Positions 28,101 to 38,810 of a DNA stretch of 64,000 nt are shown piece by piece. Numbering within the stretch: the first letter of the stretch is position 1; each line of letters opens with the position of its first letter. The stretch is from positions 22,878,001 to 22,942,000 of the forward strand of contig NC_087251.1 of assembly GCF_037042905.1 (NCBI RefSeq). The letters run 5' to 3'. The notes under the pieces are model-generated. The model was not told where the DNA came from. It saw only the letters and a program-made list of their open reading frames with translations, and made no database searches. The stretch comes from Lytechinus pictus (Eukaryota). The position numbers and the translations under genes are program-made.

Positions 28101-31100
28101 CTAATGTCCACTTTATTCTAATAGTAAATGTCACTATCCTTTTACTTTGAACCTATCTTCGTGTACCTTGTTCCAACAGCCTGAGAACACTGATCTGATC
28201 ACTGCTGCTATATCAAAGAAGGTACAGTCACTCTGCCCCAACGACCGGGACCTCATCCAGAAGGCAGAAGATATCGCCAGCAAGTATAATACTTTGCTAA
28301 AGCTGTTCGGGGCATGCCACCGGGGTATAAACACGGGTACTTTCCTGGACGACTCAGTCATCGACAAGCTGGGTAAGAGTCTAAGAGATCATGATCATAA
28401 AGGTCAGCTGCAAAAAAAAAATGAAATGCAAGTAATTTTCATATCAAATAAATAAAGAGTGACAGAGCAAGAAAATATCAATTGACACTGAAGAAGCAAA
28501 AATATTACTAGAAAATAACATTTATAGATCTCTATTTTTGTTTTTTCTATCGTTTATTTACTGACAGACAAAGACATCAAAGAGTATATGTTGTTCTACC
28601 GTCAGAACTTCCCCACAGAGAGCGTGACCCCCAAACAGCATCTATTGCAGTATCATGTCATCCCCTGGTTCAGAGACTGGAGAGCAAGCCTTGGGATGAT
28701 GGGTGAACAAGGGGGAGAGTCGGTCCACTGCCAACTCAACAACATTTCAAGAGATTTGAGGGGCTACAACGATGACCTCAAACTCAATATACAATGTGTA
28801 AAAAATCAGTGGATATTAAGTAGCCCCTCAAATTACAATAAGTTCAGTTAGATCCACTCTAAATACCCTCTCAATCTCGGAGTAGAGAAGTAGAGAAGTG
28901 TACACTGAATTCTATGTATACAGAGCTTGTGGGGTCTTTAATTTTTTTTATTCATCTTATTTTATTCTATTATTTTTTATATTTTTTATTTGCAATCTAA
29001 GAATATATTCTTGCCTTGGGAATTAAACTTAGAATTAAATAAGAGTGTATATAGCATTAAACAAAAAATTGATTCGAATGGCTTTACTGAAGTAGGTCAC
29101 CTTTTTGTTCTCTGTAATAGACATGCAGTAGAGAATTATGTTGAAACTTTAATCTATGACTATATTTCAAAAACATTGTATAGAATAGAATGATTGATTA
29201 GAATGCATTATGTATTTACATATATAGTCTAATAAAGTCTGTTCTGCAATATCTGGAATCTGCAATATCAGCTAGATACCAGTATCCATTAGCGGATGAA
29301 GTACAGAGAATCAGAGATACATGTACTACTGCCAGTGTGTAGGATTTAGGATCAGTGGACAAGTATCCAGACTTATTATTATTATTATCATCATTATTAT
29401 TATCATCATTAATTATTATTACTTTTATTTGTATCAATACATTTAACTTCATCAGGCTGTAGACATTTGTTTATGAACAAAAATCAGAAACATTTACGTC
29501 TGGTCACAAAGAGTGTACCAATATTTATGTCTGGATAACTTGTGCACTAGACTAATGTGCACATTATTGCATTTGACTTTGACAAGTTCGGTTGATATTG
29601 AGAATAGAGAGAGAATAAAAGAATAAATACATCAACTATGACAGAATTTGAGAAAACAGTGGCTGGAATAAGGTCTGTGATGTTAATTGTCTTTGTTAAT
29701 GCAGATTTCTAAACATGATGGGTGATCATAATCATATGGATGTGATAACTGACAAGCTGTTTGGAATCACTTCTGGGTACATTTTTGTAGAAAAAGTCAC
29801 AGAATTTTGACAGACATATATACATGTATACACAGTTGTAAATTTAGGAAACACAAGAGCTAGAGCCAACAGCCCACAGAAACTCCCCAACAGAGTAATA
29901 TTTTCCCAAGGGATTATATTTTCCAAAAAGCCTGCAGTGCTCAGCTGAGGGAAAATATAGTCCGAGGGAAAAAATAAAAAATAAAATAACATACATGTAG
30001 CATTTCCATTGGAGATCCGCGTGCTCAAGTTGCTGCAGCTCTTATCCCCTCTAGGCTTTACTGTAGAAGATGTGATGGCATTTGGACGTTCATGTACCTC
30101 TACTCAGTATCTGTAATAGACCCAGGCGCGTAGCCAGGGGGGAGGGGGGGGGGGCGCTAGCCCCCCCCCCCCAAAAAAAAAAAACGCCAGCCAAAAAGAG
30201 AGAGAGAGAGAGAGAAAAAAAAAAGTAAGAGGACGTAAAATTATATAAAGAAAAAGCAGACAAAGAAACATTTTTTAATATTCAGACAAGGATTATAAGA
30301 GTCGAGAACGGTACAACGAATCATCTTCTTACTCGAATAATTTAATGAAATGTCAACACTCCCCCCCCCTGCACCCACACGCTTCGCGTGCTCACTACCG
30401 CCCCCCCCCCCCTAAAATAAAATCCTAGCTACGTGGGTGAATAGACCTATTAAATTTAATATAATACAACATTAATACTCAAAGACACTAATAAATTAAA
30501 TAATACTAGGTCTAGACCTAATAATAATATATGCCTATTATAATATACCATTACCAATTACAATAACAATTACATTTCTATACTATAGTATAGGCCCTAG
30601 ACAATACGCATTACCATTACATTAGCATTGACTCTCTACGCTTTAAATCAGCTGGAGTGGGCCCTACGGCCCCTACTCCCTTGCTCAAAATTATACCCGA
30701 CCCGGAACATCTAGCATTCTGTAGACTCTACTTCTAGTTCTAACTTCTAGGACTAGGCCTATCATAAAAATAATACAATTGGGTCTATTATTATGTTAAC
30801 AACACAATTGAAGTGCCTTGTTCAAGTTGTTCCACGATTTAGCCAAAAGTGTGATACAGCAACGCTGTTTCGTGTTAGGGCCGACTGTGTATACGCGTAC
30901 CCCCGACCAAGTTGTCTCAGTCATCGAAGTGGGACTGGGAGTCTACGCCTACGCAAACGGCGGTGGAGCGTACACCGCGCCGCTGTAATCGAACATCTGC
31001 GGCTTTTGGCAAACAGCACATTGTATTTTACAGTAAGTTAGACAAGTAAACATACTTTGATCAAGATCACATTCAAATCAGACACTCTCAAACATTCATC

Positions 31101-34100
31101 TCCATTAAAATCACGATCTTAACCGACTACAGTGCTTGAATGGTGACGTCATGTTCAGACAGTGGCAATTTTTCAACCAAAAATCTTTAATATTTACCTA
31201 AAAGTAGCACCAACCCAAGGAGAAGTCTAGTTGATCAAAAAACTGTAGGATGGTCAAAAATGAGAAGAATGAGAAGTATATGTCCTCGTTCCCTATTATG
31301 CAAAAGCTAAAAATAGTAAAAATTATAGTTTTTCCTAAAACGCATATTTTGGGAAGGTTTAAAAATTGAAATTTTATTTAACAATTTTTTGGCAAAATAA
31401 GGTATTTTATCATAAAGGTATAATTCAAAAAATAGATACGATTGGTAATGATTGCTACCCTCGAAATAATAATATGAATACGTATTTCAGGGGTATGTTT
31501 TTGTTTCACATCATGTTTTAGTCATTTTTGATTGGTAGTTTGGCAAACATGTGGCAACTTTTGTTTACATTCTTCCTCGGTTCGCGACGATTCGACCTAC
31601 TTTGTGGATGACGTCATAAGGCAAAATGGATGCGCACGTTACGCGCCCCTACAGTAAATTACGTGAACCTTATGTATAAGTTTCATGAACTAGGTCCATA
31701 TATTTTCTAAGTTATGATGACATTTCAAAAACTTAACCTTAGGTTAAGATTTTGATGTTGATTCCCCCAACATGGTCTAAGTTCATTGACCCTAAATGAC
31801 CTTTGACCTTGGTCATGTGACATGAAACTCAGGCAGGATGTTCAGTAATACTTGATTAACCTTATGATTAAGTTTCATGAACTAGGTCCATATACTTTCT
31901 AAGTTATGCTGTCATTTCAAAAACTTAACCTCAGGTTAAGATTTGGTGTTGACGCCGCCGCCGCCGTCGCCGCCGTCGGAAAAGCGGCGCCTATAGTCTC
32001 ACTCTGCTATGCAGGTGAGACAAAAACCCTTAAAGAAATCAAATCCAAATAGACTAATTTTTTTCTACAATTCTTGGGCCAGATTTTGTGAGGTGAAAAG
32101 TATCCATCTACCAGAATACGGTCCCTCAGACCCAACATGGGGGAGGGGGGTAGTGCAGCATTCCAGTGCACCATGGATTCTGAAAATCTGTCACATTTCC
32201 TCCATTTGGAACTTTTTATGAAAAAAAAGAAGAAAATAGTCAATGAAGGTACACTGTAGTTTATAAAGGAAAATTTGACCAAAAAATGAAATAAAAGAAA
32301 TTATGAGCTATGAATGTTATCAAGTTAATAATATTTATGAAGATAAAGATGCCAATGTCAATGTAACCCAGATGTATGATGTCACACAACTATCCCCCAA
32401 TATGAAAACATTTCTTTAAACTTCTGTATTTACTCATTCTAATGCTAGTGTAAACTCTTCGTTCACAATATATTTGCAAAACCTAAATATTACATGGCCT
32501 CCCATATTGAAGAAGAATACCTGATCAACAGAAAGACTCTATATCTTGGCCCAAATGTACAATGATATCACACATCTTGCTACATGTAGCATTGCCAATA
32601 TGACAATCTACAAAGCATGAGTGATTTATGCTCATGAATAATTTCCTTTATTCCATTTTGCTTAAACCTTTATTGATCTGATTCTTTGACTTTTAATTTA
32701 TTTTTAATAATGGTTTTGTTTTAAATACCGGTACAATTTAACTGGTTTTAAGGTTTTCATTCTCTGAGAAAAGAGCACAACTGAGATTACTAGGAAACCA
32801 TATGAATTTGAACTCAGCAAATTAAATAAGTCACAAAAATATTATGTACATGTAAACAGCAAACGTGTACCAAAAGGGATTCAGGGAGCAAGTGCATAGT
32901 GACAAGCATTCAAACAAATATATCTTAATAATAAATGACTACCTTTACTTCTCAAATTAATGAAAATAAATGCCATTTAATCCCTTTCTGCATTCTGGGC
33001 TCCCACAACCCAGAATCCATTTAGTAGCATTTCCGATGAAAATTGTTCATTCACCTGGAAAGCTATTTGAACGTTGATATTGATCTCACAGACGGAAGTG
33101 ACATGTAACATTGACATGTGACCAGTGGCTATTCAACAAATGTAAATTTATACAAGCAACCTCCATGCATATCTTAATAAAATCTGTGTTTATCATTCTA
33201 ATGCAAATTTGCTGATTACAAATCAAATACCGATATACATACAAGCTTGAAATACTTTTGAGAAGGTATACCTTGGATCACATGCTCTTTAGCTACATGT
33301 ACCCTTTATGTGGTTATGAATCTACAATAAGATTTCAGGAGATATATTTTCCTTTGAAAATTCACCTTATATTCATTGAATGGAAAAAACTTGCATGTAC
33401 TTGAAGGAAGAGACTTCTTGTTACTTTCTTTAAGAACATAATTTTTCTCCTATTCCAAAATAATTTATTTGGTATGTTTGATTGGCAAAAACGAATCATG
33501 CTAATCGTATCACATAACAATCAGCACTGATAACAATGCATAAATTAAACAACAACCTCCTAGGCATTGTTAAACATACATGTACATGTAATACACTATT
33601 CATGTAGTACAATAATCATCTATTCAATTGTTTACAAAAATATGACCGTACAAATGTTATTTAAAGAAATATCACTCTTTTTGTGTAATGACAATTGGGG
33701 TGTTTTTTAGATTTAAAAAAAAAAGAAATATTGCATAAAAATCTATCAACGACAAAATTAATGATTTAGAGTGCAAGGAGCGCCATATCGACCTTACAAA
33801 AAGGAAAATAAATAGGAAAGCTTATTAAGTAATAATCTAATCAAATTTGATATATCCATTTCAATACATTGATTAGGGAGTTTGTACCTCTTTTTTATAA
33901 ATGCAGTATTCAAGTTGTGTATTGGTCGAAACATTCATATATATGGCCATAAAGGTGGGCCTGCATATAGGTGGTAGGCCTATCGTTACATTTGTGCGAC
34001 TAGCACAGAAATGATTAAAGGAATACAATTTTAAATACATGTGCTACATGGGCTAATTTGGTATCATATTAAAGGGAGACTTTACTTTAAAGAAACAGCA

Positions 34101-34286
34101 ATACCTGGGATCACTTCGTTTACCAATAATTAGCAATTAAATAACACCAGTTGGCCATTTTTGCACGGTGGTAAATGTAGGGGAGCATGACGAATTATGT
34201 GAACTTAGGTGATGACAGTGTAAGGTACTTACAGGATTCAGCACAAATGGAAGCTGTCCTCCAGCTTGTGGGTATGGATAAGCCAT
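1613..34286 (-). CDS. Tandem-repeat (two-CRD) galectin, galectin-4/8-like, 310 aa, 8 coding exons
   Basis: Exons (minus): 34233-34286, 18340-18431, 10412-10622, 9547-9675, 8515-8547, 3993-4081, 3280-3457, 1613-1759. All introns GT-AG with compatible phases; total 933 nt. Both CRDs carry HFNPR...VRN...WGxEER. The N-terminus [18 protein letters not shown] resembles galectin-4/8/9 starts. Exact vertebrate orthologue cannot be assigned without a tree. Confidence 0.93.
2813..3113 (+). mobile_element. tRNA-derived SINE with (ATT)n tail
   Basis: A-box TGGCCCAGTGG 2824-2834, B-box GGTTTGAATCCC ~2869-2880, core CTCAACCCAGGTG..AATAGGTACCTGGCAGG, ATT repeats 3096-3113. Confidence 0.85.
3280..3457 (-). 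CDS. Galectin coding exon 7, C-CRD core (FHVNLQCG...HFNPRF...WGSEER...GFFE)
   Basis: 178 nt, ccgcag acceptor, gtatgt donor. Confidence 0.96.
3993..4081 (-). CDS. Galectin coding exon 6 ([30 protein letters not shown])
   Basis: 89 nt, cacag acceptor, gtgaga donor; start of C-CRD. Confidence 0.93.
5678..5852. mobile_element. Short Harbinger-like MITE
   Basis: Inverted arms GTTTCATAAAGCTGTTTGTAAGTTAATCGCGACTTTAAGAA / TTCTTAAAGTCGCTCTTAACTTGTGAACAGCTTTTATCAAAC. Confidence 0.65.
8515..8547 (-). CDS. Galectin linker micro-exon ([11 protein letters not shown])
   Basis: 33 nt, tttcag acceptor, gtaagt donor, phase 0/0; ends in NP like coding exon 1. Confidence 0.8.
8921..9078. mobile_element. Short Harbinger-like MITE
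   Basis: GGGAGTGTTTCAT...ATGAAACGCCCCC termini with CTG-like flanks. Confidence 0.55.
9547..9675 (-). CDS. Galectin coding exon 4 ([15 protein letters not shown]...[10 protein letters not shown])
   Basis: 129 nt, tatag acceptor, gtaagt donor; end of N-CRD. Confidence 0.93.
10412..10622 (-). CDS. Galectin coding exon 3, N-CRD core (FHINLQCG...HFNPRF...WGAEER...NQFK)
   Basis: 211 nt, gaatag acceptor, gtatta donor, galectin signature residues. Confidence 0.96.
10721..11013. mobile_element. Harbinger-like MITE
   Basis: Perfect 26-bp TIR GGCCCGTATTCTGAAGTCGGGTTTAA / TTAAACCCGACTTCAGAATACGGGCC. Confidence 0.85.
11600..12077. mobile_element. PIF/Harbinger-type MITE
   Basis: TIR AGGTGGTTTCAGACCGCCTCGA / TCGAGGCGGTTTGAAACCACCT, 3-bp TTA TSD on both sides. 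Confidence 0.85.
13758..14252. mobile_element. MITE with CCCGGG termini and 8-bp TSD
   Basis: TSD ACATGACA at 13750-13757 and 14253-14260; G-run/C-run termini. Confidence 0.8.
14895..16914. mobile_element. Second copy of the same Helentron-associated tandem-repeat element (3' end not seen)
   Basis: Same start AACAAGTGGAATGCCTCTGG.GTCTCGCCTGCAT and ~160-bp units (ATGACCTTTGACCTTGGTCATGTGACCTGAAAC); interrupted at 15753-16544. Confidence 0.75.
15753..16544. mobile_element. Harbinger-like MITE inserted in the tandem-repeat element
   Basis: 27-bp TIR GGGGTGGTATCCTGAAAATTGTCTTAA / TTAAGACAATTTTCAGAATACGGCCCC; interrupts host unit CTTATGTCC|AAGTTTCATG. Confidence 0.75.
18340..18431 (-). CDS. Galectin coding exon 2 ([31 protein letters not shown])
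   Basis: ctccag acceptor, gtaatc donor, 92 nt, phase 0/2; typical first CRD exon. Confidence 0.92.
18463..18677. other. Assembly gap (215 N)
   Basis: Run of N about 30 nt upstream (minus sense) of galectin coding exon 2. Confidence 1.
20101..20198. repeat. Spacerless ~98-bp palindrome
   Basis: 20119-20182 is a perfect 64-bp palindrome centred at 20150/20151; it extends to 98 bp with one 2-nt indel. Confidence 0.9.
20995..21371. mobile_element. Kolobok-type MITE
   Basis: TTAA TSD; perfect TIR AGGAGAATGAAACCCTT / AAGGGTTTCATTCTCCT. Confidence 0.8.
23112..28851 (+). CDS. Chapaev-type DDE transposase with RAG1-like N-terminal zinc/RING region, 936 aa, 10 exons
   Basis: Exons 23112-23987, 24682-24956, 25764-25970, 26297-26542, 26702-26778, 26899-27083, 27355-27672, 27817-27966, 28180-28372, 28568-28851 (2811 nt, all GT-AG, no internal stop). 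Motifs: HxxxxxxxCRFCG..[16 protein letters not shown]; [21 protein letters not shown]; CSHC..H; [11 protein letters not shown]; [21 protein letters not shown]; PPGLHISLG; [10 protein letters not shown]; [11 protein letters not shown]; [13 protein letters not shown]. Confidence 0.9.
25000..25693. mobile_element. MITE with 8-bp TSD in transposase intron 2
   Basis: TSD AATTACAC at 24992-24999 and 25694-25701; CCCGG..GGGTACTC / GAGTATTCCCC..CCAGG ends, same style as 13758-14252. Confidence 0.7.
25100..25410 (-). mobile_element. tRNA-derived SINE nested in the intron-2 MITE
   Basis: B-box GGGTTCAAATCCC on minus at ~25378-25390; body similar to the 2813-3113 SINE; (TAA)n on plus is the (TTA)n tail. 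Confidence 0.75.
30123..30439. mobile_element. hAT-like MITE inside the Chapaev 3' region
   Basis: TSD AATAGACC at 30115-30122 and 30440-30447; TIR CAGGCGCGTAGCCAGG / CCTAGCTACGTGGGTG (diverged). Confidence 0.75.
34233..34286 (-). CDS. Galectin coding exon 1 ([18 protein letters not shown])
   Basis: ATG at 34286-34284, donor gtaagt, phase 0. An upstream acceptor (ccgcag, exon start 34324) implies a further 5'UTR exon. Confidence 0.85.
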
Positions 34287-36834
34287 CTTGTCCGATCCTT
34301 AATGCTTGACAGTGGGAGAACAGACTGCGGAATATACAAAAGGCAATAATGTGTATCAAATGGTCTGTTTCAAACTTTGGGAAAAGGAAAAAGTTGTCAT
34401 GCAGAAAACGTTCTCATAATTCTAATAAGAATAATTCTTAACTAAAAGTTTTTTTTCACTATCATTGTTTCGTTGCCATAATCTCAATTGATATTGCCCT
34501 AAATTATCTTCTTATCAGCATCATCTTCAGAACTTTTACAAATACTATTTGATTATTGACTAGATCCCTAACCCAAAACTTTTGGTGAAAATGTCACCCA
34601 CTACATCAACAAAACTTTGTTGGAAGGAAAAAAAATATGACACATGGTATATCCATAATCTTCTAAACCTATTTCACAAAGAGCTACCTACAAAGTAGCT
34701 ATATTTCTTGCTATCGATTAGGAATAATATAAATTCCTTGCTTAGCTATATTACTGTCAAAAAAAGGAGAGGAGATGTAGCAAAAAAAAGGGGGGAGAGA
34801 GAGAGATGAGATACTGCCTTAGCCCCATCACCTGAAAACTATGATAAAACAGCAATTATATTGATGGGTTAGGAAATAAATGCAAGCTATCAGTCAAAGG
34901 GTGCATATTACCTACTAACTTAAAGACTAGAGCATTAATAGAGAATTAAGAATAATTTGTCATAAATACAAGATCACACATGGATCATTGAGATGTGCAT
35001 CCCTGTAAAAGACCCTTTTGATTTTTCAAAACAATAAACCTGAAAATAAATTCAATTTCAAAGATGACTCTAAAATCTAAATTAATAATTTAATAATGTA
35101 AGTCAGTCAACCAGTCGTCATTATGCCTATACCACAATTACGCAATCAAATCCACTAAACCAAATGAATGTTTTTCTCTTGTTGAATTTCCTTACAGAAA
35201 ATGTTATCAGGTTTAATTTACTTAGTCTTACTCTTAGATCTAATTCCTTAATTTCAAAGAAAGTAAACAAATATATGTCTTTCGGGAATCTAGCAAAAAC
35301 TATGGGTAATGAAGAGATATAAAATGGTAACTTTTTTACCGGGGGCTACTTTCTATTTTGATGGCCGTAATTTGATTAGAATTACATCTTCTGCATGATA
35401 ATTCATAAATGAGAACTAATTTCACATATTAGTTCTCAGTACTGCCACGCTGGTAAGTCCGACTCTCAAATTGTGCAGCGCATGCAGCGCTGATATGCTG
35501 CACTGGGCACTCACTGCCTCAGACCGTTAATCTATACCGACTGCACCACGCCTGCGCACAGGTGAATACATCACACAGAACTCTGTGCTGGCGCGACCTG
35601 GATTGGATAGGGAAAATGACTATATCATGGCAACACCAATCACTTTTCTCGGGCTCTCAGCTTTTGTAGTGGAAACTATACTTTTAAGATGTGCTGTAAG
35701 ATTTCAATGCAATAAACTCAATGTAAGGGACATAATAAAAGTTAAAATCTAATAATGCTAATAATTTTGAACTGAAATTTTTTATCAATGTTAGCCTCTT
35801 GGCTCTTCGGCATCACTCAGTCTCAGACCTCCAATTTTGAGTGTCCCCCCCAACCTGCCATGATTAAGTTATTTTTCCTATGGCAATTTCTTCTCGGCTT
35901 CAGAATAGGGTTTATTCCCCCTACGCTTCATGAATATTCATAAATGCTAAATTTTGTAAAAGCTACAGATGTACTGTAATTGGCAATGACTCTGGCAACT
36001 CGCCAGCATGGCGCAATGGGATAATTCTTGCGCTTGGTAAAATGAAAAGGTTGCGGGTTAGAATCATGAGGGGGGGAGCATTCGGATTTGGAAAGGGTAC
36101 ATGTAGGAAGGTGTGGACCCCAAAATCTGAAACCATACCCTAAAGAACGAAAGTTGCTTATGAAATGAGAGGCTTAGGAACTAACATGAACAACTTTTGC
36201 CTTCTGCAAATGGGGTGGTTTGGGAAATGGATAGATCTTTTGTGTTTTTTTTTTTTTGGGGGGGTTAATCTGGACTCCAGGAATCTCCAAATTCTGTGGA
36301 AGGATCAGCTCATAGAGTGAGTTGCATGCGACATGCCTTGATTTACCGTGCACGGCGGCAGTAATGCAACCATGGGTGACCCACGTGATGCCACTACGTC
36401 ATTAAGAAAGAAGTTAATGACAGGTTCGGAGGTGTCATAAATATTTAGTCAGGTTGTTGTCCCCAATCTTGGCAAAGAGGGCTTTTTGAAATGGTTAGCG
36501 GACAAGTAGCTCACTATCTTCAATTTAGTCAAGAAGTTAGACTTATGACGGTGTTGAGAAACGGGCCCCTGGCCTGGGAGCCAGCTTCAGCCTTCATCGG
36601 CGACTAAACTCCTACTCCTAGCTCCTACGGGCCGACATGCGAGAACCCGCCGAGACGGATGGCCTGGCTGAACTTCCTGAACCGTCGACACAGACAGTAG
36701 AAGGTGCGGTAGTCTCATTGAATAAAATGGTCATTTTAATTATCAAACAAACACAAGGTGTAGTCTCACTATCACAATACGAAATTGATTGTCAATAATC
36801 TACTAATAAAGTAGATTTATCAAGTTTTACTTAC

Positions 36835-36900
36835 AATTCGACTGCCGAACAGCACCGATCTGATTTTCAACGCAGAGTGACGTGGTGAGCCAGCTGCACT
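36835..36900 (-). promoter_or_regulatory. Candidate non-coding first exon / promoter of the galectin gene
   Basis: Minus-strand donor gtaagt at 36834-36829 next to a GC-enriched stretch; the ATG exon has its own acceptor. 5' boundary is a guess. Confidence 0.4.
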
Positions 36901-38129
36901 GTATGCATATGATAATGAAGTGACAAAAATGGAGCTAGCTAGCATAGCCAGCTAGCGCAGCTCTGCTAGCTGCTGCATGCATGCATATTGGGGGCGTGGT
37001 ACATTATACTGAGAGTCTTTTGGGGGCGGGGCCGGGCTACATCTATCTATTTTCTTTTCGACTTTTATGGGTAAATATCCCGGGTAAATATATAGGCCTA
37101 TCTCTTTGTTATGTTCTTCTTTCTTCTCCCTTCCATCTTCTCTCAGTCTCACTCATTCTTTGCTCTTTTTCCTTTTCAGAGAGCAGCCCCGCCCCGCCAC
37201 ATTAACTTGATGTACCGTATATAACTTGTTGTATATCTTCCCTATATCTTCTTCTTCTCCTCACCTTCTTCTTTTTCGTCTTCTATCTCCTTTTCGATCT
37301 CCTCCTCCTCAAATAGGCGTTAGAGGCGGGGCAGGGATGCACTCTGCCCCCTGGCGGACTTCGCCGGGAAAATTTTTAAAAGATGAAATAAAACGGGAAC
37401 AATTAAGGGGGAAGAGAAAGGGAAAAGGGAAAGAAAAGGAAGGAAAATAGGAAAGAAAGGGGGGAAATGAAAAGAGACTAGAAAATGGGAATTCTAAGAA
37501 CAGAAAGAGAAGAAAGGAAATTAAAACGAATGAAAGAGGGAGCGGAAGGAAAGAAGAACATGTGAGCAAGAATTACACATCATCTCGGAATACTTAGGCC
37601 TATATTTAATGATCGAGAAAATTGAAGAAAAAAAAATAAGGACTGCAAAATGGAACGGTAACTTGATAAAGGGAAAGTATAAAAAAAAATGAGACAAAAA
37701 GAAACAGGAAATGCCAAGGTAGAATTGCATAAGAACGGGCTAGGAGAAGTCTGAATTGGAAAATGAAAAAATTAAGGGAAAAGAAAACAAAATTTAAACA
37801 CACGACAGGGCTGCCTAGGATAAAGAATAGAGGAATGGGGGCAGGGGTGTAACAGGGGTCAGTGACCGGGGAGGGGGGGTGCATGCAAGAGCCCTTTTCC
37901 CGGTCAATGAACACTGATGATTTTTATAATGATGATTTTTGTTTTAATGATGATTCTTTGATTTCACCGTATAACGTGTAGCAATCTAGTATGGGCTACC
38001 ACGAACAATGCCAAAATAAATTATATTTATTTATTGCAACAAAAAGCCCTTTGAATTTGTATCGGTTCACAATATTTAATCTCACACCAGATCATTATTT
38101 TACCAACTAAAATCTCCGACAGTATTTAA

Positions 38130-38523
38130 AGATAAATTCCAGTTTTGGTAACGATCTAAAAATGACTTTTTACAGAATCTAATATAATGACCACCTAAGT
38201 GTCTGTTTGTATGAATAAAAAATATGTGCCAAAGGATTCTGGAAGAAATTGTGTAATTGCTGAGAAATAAGCAAAATAAGCGCGGATTCGGTCACTTCCG
38301 TCGGGTCTTTATTTTAGCAATAATAATACACTGTCCCACGTGTGCCTATCTGTGTTGGTGATCTTCAGTGTGAACATTTTTCAGCGTAGATTTCAAGATT
38401 TCACATAGTTTAGTTTATGTAACTGTACCAGATCTAGATCCTCGATGATATACTGACAATTAAGCCTTGTTTTACAGACTTTCTCATGAAATCAGTGTTT
38501 ACTGCAAATACTGGAATTTCTCT
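38130..38523. mobile_element. Kolobok-type MITE
   Basis: TTAA TSD; AGATAAATTCCAGT / ACTGGAATTTCTCT termini. Confidence 0.75.
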
Positions 38524-38579
38524 TTAAAAACTTTAGGCCTACTCTTCATATTTAAGCATTTAATTGAAATGCTACCACT

Positions 38580-38750
38580 AAATAAAACCATTCATGATTA
38601 CCTCACCCATGATTCTTCTAATTTATCAAAAACTACTTATTGACCAGAGATCCATAAGACACAATGGTCCTGACATTTGGAATCATCTCCCAGACTCAAT
38701 TAAATCCTCTTGCTCCCTATATATTCATTTAAAGCTAGAGTTAAGGTCAT
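38580..38750 (+). mobile_element. Decayed CR1/L2 ORF2 C-terminal fragment
   Basis: Translates RSIRHNGPDIWNHLPDSIKSSCSL, typical of the CR1 ORF2 tail (GPxxWNxLP). Confidence 0.65.
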
Positions 38751-38810
38751 GTGTCGGAATATGCAAAGTAAACTTTTTTAGTTATAATTTTCCCTATTCC
38801 TTTTTCACTA

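Larger units (their letters stand above)
22540..31665 (+). mobile_element. Chapaev (CMC) / N-RAG-TP-like autonomous DNA transposon, 9,126 bp
   Basis: Left end CACGTATGTGAATGCAGGTGC; reverse complement of right end CACGTAATTTACTGTAGGGGC (15/21 identical). TSD AACC at 22536-22539 and 31666-31669. Removing the element restores the host repeat unit GATTAACCTTATG. Contains a full transposase gene. Confidence 0.9.
21934..32026. mobile_element. Helentron-associated non-autonomous element (DINE-1/pearl/Tsp-like) with ~162-bp internal tandem repeats, split by the Chapaev insertion
   Basis: Start AACAAGTGGAATGCC. Subterminal inverted repeat GTCTCACCTGCAT (21956-21968) / ATGCAGGTGAGAC (32009-32021). 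3' hairpin from 31996, (GCC)n tract, A-run end. Repeat units recur at 22149, 22311, 22474 and resume at 31666. Confidence 0.75.

Noticed and set aside
22540-31665. ProtoRAG / RAG1L-RAG2L transposon or true RAG1
   Set aside because: The TSD is 4 bp, not 5. The ends are CACGTA without an RSS heptamer/nonamer layout. Core motifs (GGDKGGG, GDYEYL, GEQGGES) are Chapaev-like rather than RAG1 (SCDGMGD, GYDEK, SEGNES). There is no NBD after the zinc finger and no kelch/PHD ORF was found.
36952-37914. Phe/Leu- or Lys/Glu-rich ORFs
   Set aside because: Low-complexity purine/pyrimidine tracts with no splice or domain support
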